From: Eukaryota sp. TZLM1-RC
Taxonomy: Eukaryota > Protista > Metamonada: BaSk clade
Length of the DNA stretch: 64,000 nucleotides
Direction of reading: 5' to 3'
Assembly (NCBI GenBank): GCA_040285825.1
Contig: JAUPSS010000007.1
Span: 954,501-1,018,500, forward strand
How positions within the stretch are numbered: the first letter of the stretch is position 1; each line of letters starts with the position of its first letter. The notes beneath the pieces are model-generated. The model saw only the letters and a list, made by a program, of their open reading frames with translations, was not told where the DNA came from and did not search any database. Positions 57,185-64,000 of this stretch are shown in pieces. Position numbers and translations under genes: made by a program.

Positions 57185-57635
57185 TTCGAAGAATCAAATA
57201 AAAAAAACAAGCTAAAACACATAAGAAACAAAATTCTCCACGCCAACTCTTGATGAATCCTTATAAAGTTTAGACATCATTAAACTCAAGTATTTGAGAA
57301 CATTTCTGTGCAAAGCGAAAATGAAACGATTCTTCCATAAATTCTCTGCAAAATTCTTACCACTTGAACGACATAAATAACCAAAATCATTGATGAAATT
57401 CAAAGCGGATTGTCCAATGTTGCCAAAAATCGAAAAGGCAAAAGGAACAAACGAAAACTTCGAGTAAAGATTCTTATTTAAATTATTTAATATCTCAGTA
57501 TATTTATCTCTCTTACGATCTTCAGCCTTGTTTAAATGACCATTGGTACTAAGTAAAACATCATCGCGATAAACAAAAGCAAAGGGATCAAATGTACTGA
57601 AATCAACAATAACTTAAGAGGAATCCACAAAAGGA
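57185..57635 (-). mobile_element. Non-LTR family B 3' end
   Basis: Near-identical to 41065-41515. Confidence 0.9.
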
Positions 57636-57799
57636 ATTATTATTTTTATTATTTTTATTTGATGAATAGATTTGTTTGCCAAATTTCTCCTATTACTTTT
57701 CTCCTTGGATATTTTACCAAATGTTTGCTGTTGCATAACAATGAAAGATAAATCATATTATAAATTTTCCAATCATTTGAATTATGCTTGAGATCAGTT

Positions 57800-57965
57800 G
57801 TATTTATTGAATTTGCACACTTAATTAAATTGACTCATAACTAATGGGACGACTATCATTGAACCAAGATTTCAATCTACAAAATCTTGATCTGCTTGCT
57901 GTCTAGCTAAAGCTTCTCTTATTCGATTGAAAAACCGAGGTAATCTATTACTAATGGCAAATTGC
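57800..57965 (-). mobile_element. Non-LTR family A 3' end
   Basis: The reverse complement matches 2135-2295. Confidence 0.85.
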
Positions 57966-58888
57966 ATTCTCATTTATGTATACTACCAAATTTGCCCATT
58001 TGCTATATCGCTATATCGACGTCTTGGAGAAACTGCCATGAATTTTATTAATGCTTTTGAAAATTTGGTAAAAAGAAGAATGAATAAGCGTTATGATTGT
58101 CGTTTGTGGTTAAATCGAATTGTTTTTACCATTTTCAAATCAATTCCTGAAATGATTTCGAAACTTTTGATGTCTGTCAGTGCGCATTACAAAAACATTG
58201 CTGTTGTACGGTTTGATGGTGTGGAAACTTGTTTTGAAGATATTGACTTTTAGACTGTAGTTTTAAAAATAGATAAAATTACAAAAATTTATGTGTATAC
58301 AAACGCTGTGGGTTTGCATTTAATGTTCTCGTTGTTCATTTCCCTCCTTGTTAATCTCATGGTAGGAGCAATGAGCTCAAATACCTGAGGAAGCCATTCT
58401 CTGATAAAGTTGACTGGTCCATCTAGGCCACGGACGTCTTTGATTGTCTTGAGGATAATTACTAAAATTTATGTATACAAATCTTCACTATTTAAGGTAT
58501 GTATAAATGAATTTGAATATGTTATCCATTTTCTGGTTAACTGTGTGTTACACACCATGGCTATCTAAAAAAATTAACAACATTTCACTAAAACGCAAGG
58601 TTCGAAATTTTCCCACATAGTGGCACCGCCTAGTCCACATAGTGGTAAAATTGAAACACAAGGTGGTGTATTTTTGAGCCTATAAATTGCTATTACTTTC
58701 TGACATGTCAAATCATTATGAATGAAACATGTTTATTTCCACTAACAAATACTAAACCCATATTTCAACTATCGAAAGAAAAACGCATTTGAGATGATAT
58801 CATTCCTCCTCAATGTCCACCGAAACATAAAGATTTCTGAAATAACAAGGATCGGTAGGACTTCCTCATCCAGTGAATAATCTTCTTC
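57961..58888 (+). repeat. Duplicated composite block, copy 2, cut by the Gypsy B insertion
   Basis: Matches 51784-52714. The minus strand encodes IKDVRGLDGPVNFIREWLPQVFELIAP, a relic of the Gypsy RT thumb/connection region. Confidence 0.9.
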
Positions 58889-58967
58889 TGTTGCCTAAAG
58901 TCTATTGTAGTAAAGAAAAGTCTGATTTATTTTCTATTCATATTATATAAGCCTTAGGGCGCCAACA
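58889..58967 (-). repeat. 79-bp 3' LTR of Gypsy B
   Basis: TGTTG...CAACA termini; PPT directly upstream; outer boundary fixed by the empty paralogous site at 52714. Confidence 0.82.
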
Positions 58968-58985
58968 CTGCTTCTTCCCTTTTTC
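58968..58985 (-). promoter_or_regulatory. Polypurine tract of Gypsy B (exact second copy at 59661-59678)
   Basis: GAAAAAGGGAAGAAGCAG abutting the LTR. Confidence 0.85.
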
Positions 58986-61900
58986 AAAATAAATCAGCTT
59001 ATATGAATATGAAATAAAAACTATATACAATTAACAAAACAACTATAATAAATACATATAATCGATATAATATAAATAATATAATATAATATAAATAATC
59101 GATATAAACTAAGAATTAGCTCCTCTTCCTAATTCTATTACTGCGTCTAGGCTTCTTAGAAGGCGTAGACTCATTGGAGGTACCTTGTCGTCGACTAATG
59201 GTACGTTTTCCAATTTTCTTGTTATCCTTACTAAATAACTTATAAGCTTCTGAGTGTCTAACCGAATGGAGTGGCTCTTCTGTTGTCTCACCGCCAAACC
59301 ACTGAACAGTACAGAAACTACCTGAATCAGAGTGGTATTCTGAGAGGATTTTCTCTATAACGTGTTTTTCGGAATCGCCCGCAGCGACTGCCTTGAGGAA
59401 TTCAATGTCCTGTGGATTTTCTGCGTTATAGATTTTGCAATCTTTCTTGGCAGCTTTTAATTCTGAGCCAGTAGTAAGATTCTTCAATAATAAAGTGGAT
59501 TTGGAAGGAAGGTCAATAACTAAAAATGGTCCATTCCAAGATCCATGCAATATATTATTTTGCTTGGTTTTACGTAAGACGTAGTCACCAATATTAAATA
59601 CTATAAAACACGAATTAGTATTATCTACTGAAGACGGAGTATTTAATGTTTGGTGACGCTCTGCTTCTTCCCTTTTTCTTGTAGACGAGTGTTTTTCATT
59701 TTGATGTCATCTAATAAAGGGATATTAGTTTCAAATTTGGATAAATTTCCTAATATATTAGCAGGGTCTGTTCTTGGACTAATCGAAGAACCGAACATGA
59801 GTTCGTATGGGGTAAAACCAGTTTTTCTGCTTTTAGTAGAATTTATTAATAGTTGGGATATAGGTACGTATGTAGACCAATTTCCGTAATCATTGAAATC
59901 TATTAATAGTTTCCTTAAGCATTGAAGAACGTCTCTATGTTTACGTTCTACAAGTCCATTACTTTCTGAATAGTGGGGAATTGAGTTACTCATCTCAATC
60001 GCTAATCTGTTACACACTATTTTGAAAGTCTCATTGGCGAACTCAGGTCCATTATCACTATGAATTAACATAGGTATGCCAAAGATAGCGCAAACATTCC
60101 AAATCAAGGCATCTGCGGTTTCTAAGGCATTGAGTTCTTTTAGAGGGACTAAAATTGTATATCCAGTAAAAGAGTCTACAAATACTAATAGATATTTATT
60201 TCCTTCGTTGTCAGAATTTAGGGGTCCAATTGTATCGACATTTAATCTGGCAAAAGGACGATCTGCCCATAAAGATCCTGTGGAAGGTGTTTTTGATCTT
60301 TTAACTGGAGCCGTTTTTTGACAAGTTGGGCATCTTTTGACATGATTAATAAGGTCCTTTCTCATATTGGGCCAGTAGAAATCACTTTTGGACAGTTTGT
60401 GTAAACTATCGTTTTTGCTGGGGTGACCAGATTGAACCAAACCATGTATTAATAATAGTGCCTGTTTTCTGAGGCTCTTTGGAATCAAAATTTTGTTTTT
60501 ATTATTTTTCCAAATTTGAGTGTTTACATCTAGAATTGCGTTATCAAATAAAGAGTCGTTGTTGTTTTTGGCTATTTGTTGTTCAGATCTTATCTTAGAC
60601 AGCCAAGAAGAAAAAATAGGTAGGTCTTGGTGTCTACTTAGAGATGAGATTGAAGGGATGTCTTCAAGATCCGAATCAGAATCATCGTCTAGTGGAGGTA
60701 TCTCGTAATTTGAAAGTAAAGTGTCTGGTATATTTATACTACAAATAGAAGGAGTTTCCTCGTTTTGATCCAAATCAATATTCCTCGATAACATATCTGC
60801 CCAATGGTTGTCTTCACCAGGTTCGTGGACTATGTCAAAGTCGAATTCAGATAGTATCGGCAGCCATCTCTTTACAATTCTATTTTTCTCTGGGGCTGTA
60901 GCCAGGAATGCAATGTTTTTATGATCTGTGAAAATTGTTAAATGTCTAGTCAACAAGTAGCTTTCTAAACAACTTTCAGTTAAAAATCAGAAGTATTGCG
61001 TATAATTCTTTTTGTAAGGTGGACCATTTTCTTTGTGTTTCTGTAAGTAATCTACTATAGAATGACAAAGGTTTCACTTTCCTTTTATTTAGCGGGGTTC
61101 CTGCAGGAGAGTATGGTTCAATTTCTTGCCAAATAACACCTCCTACTGCTACATCTGATGCGTCAGTACTTATTAATACGCGCTTGCCCGGAGCTGGTAA
61201 TTCAAGGGGCATGTGGTTTACTATTAGGTCTTTTATTTGTTTTAAGTAATCGTCATGCTTGCAAGTCCATTTAATTATTCTGGGTTTTCCTTTAATTAGC
61301 TCGTTAATTGGAGCAATTAATTCAGAAATACCTGGAAGCCAATCTCTAATATAATTGATGGATCCTACCAATGAGCGAACTTCTTTCACTGTTTTTGGTC
61401 TAGGGATTCTCATCAAGGCTTCGATTTTTTTCTTACTTATAAATCTAGTTTTATCCTGGAAGGTACTTCCTAAAATGTCGATAGGGTGTTTTGATGTTAC
61501 GAATTTACATTTACGTAAGCCTATATTTACACGTCTATTTCTGGCGCATTGGAGGACTCTTTGTAATCTCTTATAGAATTCTTCGAAAGTCGTTCCAACT
61601 ATTATGATATCATCAATATATATAAAAACGCCATCAATTTGGAATATTTCCATCATTACATTTTGGAAAACTGCTGGGATGTTCTTTAATCCGAAGCAAG
61701 CTCTTTTAAACATAATTGATCTTCCAGGGATTGAGATTGATGTTTTCTCAATATCCTTCTCAGCAACATTCATCTGCCAGAAAGCTTTTGGTAAATCAAG
61801 CGTGGCGATGTAATTTGCTCTACTCAAAAATTCTAATATATCACTAATCCTAGGTAGATTAGGCTCTACTGAAATCGTATGGGCATTAACTCCATCTTTA

Positions 61901-64000
61901 CCACTAAAGTCTCCAGTTAACCTGGGTTTTTGCCGTCAGGGTATATAACTAAGACAATAGGAGAGCTGAATTTATAATTAGATTCAACTGCATAGCCCAT
62001 TTCGATCAGTTCATCAAATATTTTGTTTGCTATTTCCATTTTGCTGGGATTTAACCGTCTAGCAGGTTTATGTACTATAGCATTCTCATCTCTAAAGGGG
62101 ATTGTTAGAGGATTACAATCGATTCCTTTTCTATTAGGAGTTTCACTAAAAACATCGCTGAATAATTTTAGTAGACTCGTTAATTTTAATTTATTATTAC
62201 TATCATCTAAATTTATCTCACATCCAGATCTTGCTAATTGCTCCTCAAAATCAGAAGGACTTGGTGATTGGTTATCTAAGTTCCCAATCGAATGTTGAGC
62301 GATCCTAGAGTCGAATTCTGATTCTGCATTTAGCAAAGTGCGGTGTTCTTTGTCTAATCTAATGAAAAGACCATCATCCGTCTGAAGCCCAAGTGCTTTT
62401 TAACATGTCTGTCCCTATTAATAATTTGTTCGAACCCGGGATTATGGGAAGAGTATGTTTATAGTGAACTTGTTGCGCAATGCTTCCTACGTTGAACGAC
62501 AGAATACCAGTTGCACTCCCTAGCGATTTTGTGGATACGTTATTAGCTGGTAAGAACTTAATAGTATCCTTGCTATTGATTGACATATGGCATTGTTCAG
62601 CTAAATCTGCAGTAATAACTGAACAAAACGCAGCCGAATCTATAGTCGCAATCATTTTAATATCATTTATTGATATCTCCAGTCTTAGAAATGGAGAACG
62701 CTGGGACCTGACGTGGTTTTCACTAACCGTAGAATTAATATCAAAAATGCTATTGATATCAGAGCTGGTTTGGTGAATTTGTAGAGGAATTAAAAGATTT
62801 TGTTGAGCTGTTGGAAAGTTGTTGACTGGGTTTCCTAAATCGGTTGTTGATTGGTTGTGATTGATTGCGTTGATATGTACCCGATTAGGAAAGTTGCCTG
62901 TCCTGCTGTTCCGGTTGCTGTTGTTGATCCGTCTGTGAGGAACCGTACTCGAACGGGTCGGTTTTGACTCAGTAGGGGATGCGTTTGATGATATGTCCTC
63001 TGTTGTGTTTATGTTATGTATAGGTCTGTACTGACCTCTTCCTTTATGACCTCTATAACGGCCTCCACGGCCTCTAAATTTGAATCTATGTACACGTCTA
63101 CCACGGCCACCTCGGCCCCTTTCTACACTGCCTCTACTAGCAGGCGCCTCCTGTTCTCCTAATCTGAATCTTTCTTCTTTGGGAACTCTGCTTCTAGCAC
63201 AACGAGGATCTTTGCATTCGAATACAGTGTGGCCAACAGGATTGTTACCTTCGACGTTGCTGCAGAATGTACAGAATTTTGACCCTTCTCGTTCATGCTT
63301 TTCAGGGATGTATTTGTGTTGAGGGGTTCCTCTTGACTTTCCACCTGATCGTCTTGCTCGTTTTGTTGGAGCCTGGGCTGATGGTGTTACTCCTCTTGAG
63401 TAAGTTCTCATTGCCGTGAGTCCCAAAGGAATATCTTCTTCGTTAGCCCTGTTCCTTAGTACATCCATTGTGGGCTTGTTTCCTGCTGTGTAACACCAAG
63501 CGAGGAAATGTCTTCTCGTTGTCGATATCAAATCGAGTAGAGTTGTTTTGTTCGGTGAGTCCCACAAGGATTCCCTAGTCCATACTGGGAGGAGTTCGCT
63601 TGATATAGCAAAGTTATCCAGACCCATAAGGAAGTACTCGGCTATTAGAGCGGGAGATATGGTTATCAACCCACTGCTTCCTCTAATTAAATCGGGGATG
63701 GTTAGGTCGGTCATGTAGGTGGTCATTCTCAAGACGTCTCCAAAATCTTCTACATAACGACCAAACTCGTTGTCAGCCTCATGCCTATTGTGGATTTTCC
63801 TCCAATTTATTCTAGGCTTCATTAGAGCTGTACAAGCCTCATGATATGATGTGAATTGCGTTCTTTTTAACAGAAATACCATGACGTCGGCGTCGGTATA
63901 ATCAACACCGAGTAAACCTTGACTCTGCCATCTAGATAGAAGGCTAGGGTCGATCATGCTGGATATTCCTGTGGGGCAAGTGCTCATCATCATGCTCCTA

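Larger units (their letters stand above)
58889..64000 (-). mobile_element. Ty3/Gypsy LTR retrotransposon B, chromodomain-type; 5' part lies outside the window
   Basis: gag (CTFC-X10-H-X4-C), PR IDSAA, RT YIDD, RH DASD, IN HHCC/DDE and chromo-like VIEKIL...VQWFG..TEEP; four 1-nt frameshifts; clearly related to Gypsy A. Confidence 0.95.

Noticed and set aside
1-64000. CRISPR arrays, rRNA and tRNA genes, and the many short antisense ORFs in the track
   Set aside because: No repeat-spacer periodicity or recognisable structural RNA was seen. The short ORFs overlap better-supported genes or TEs and lack motifs.

Overview
Eukaryotic, AT-rich, gene-compact DNA from a flagellated protist. PACRG and a CEP164-like gene indicate flagella, the genetic code is standard, and only three tiny introns (34-38 nt) were found; a metamonad-like lineage is my inference only. 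There are about 15 host genes: PACRG, APC11, Rab18-like, USP, LRR, RPT2, ARP6, WW/CEP164-like, YIPF, ISOC, TmcB/C-like, SNF5 with HTH repeats, a 4-TM protein, RING and BTB. They are separated by islands of nested transposon debris: about 20 fragments of RT+RLE (CRE-like) non-LTR retrotransposons in about 6 families, two chromodomain-type Ty3/Gypsy elements, and pogo- and MULE-derived non-autonomous elements. The main finding is a three-tier nested system at 22.7-30.9 kb. A young Gypsy (identical 136-bp LTRs, one gag-pol ORF) sits inside a non-LTR element. It is broken only by two antisense insertions of a different 139-bp-LTR family. One of these is an 828-bp mini-element carrying only a decayed gag-like ORF; it shares the Gypsy's LTR termini, PPT, 4-bp TSD length and non-canonical primer site. 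Other notable points: a 79-bp LTR with an exact internal duplicate of its PPT, a fixed-distance branch point/3' splice-site motif, and an SNF5 fused to HTH-like repeats. Boundaries of degenerate repeats are approximate, and no database searches were run.
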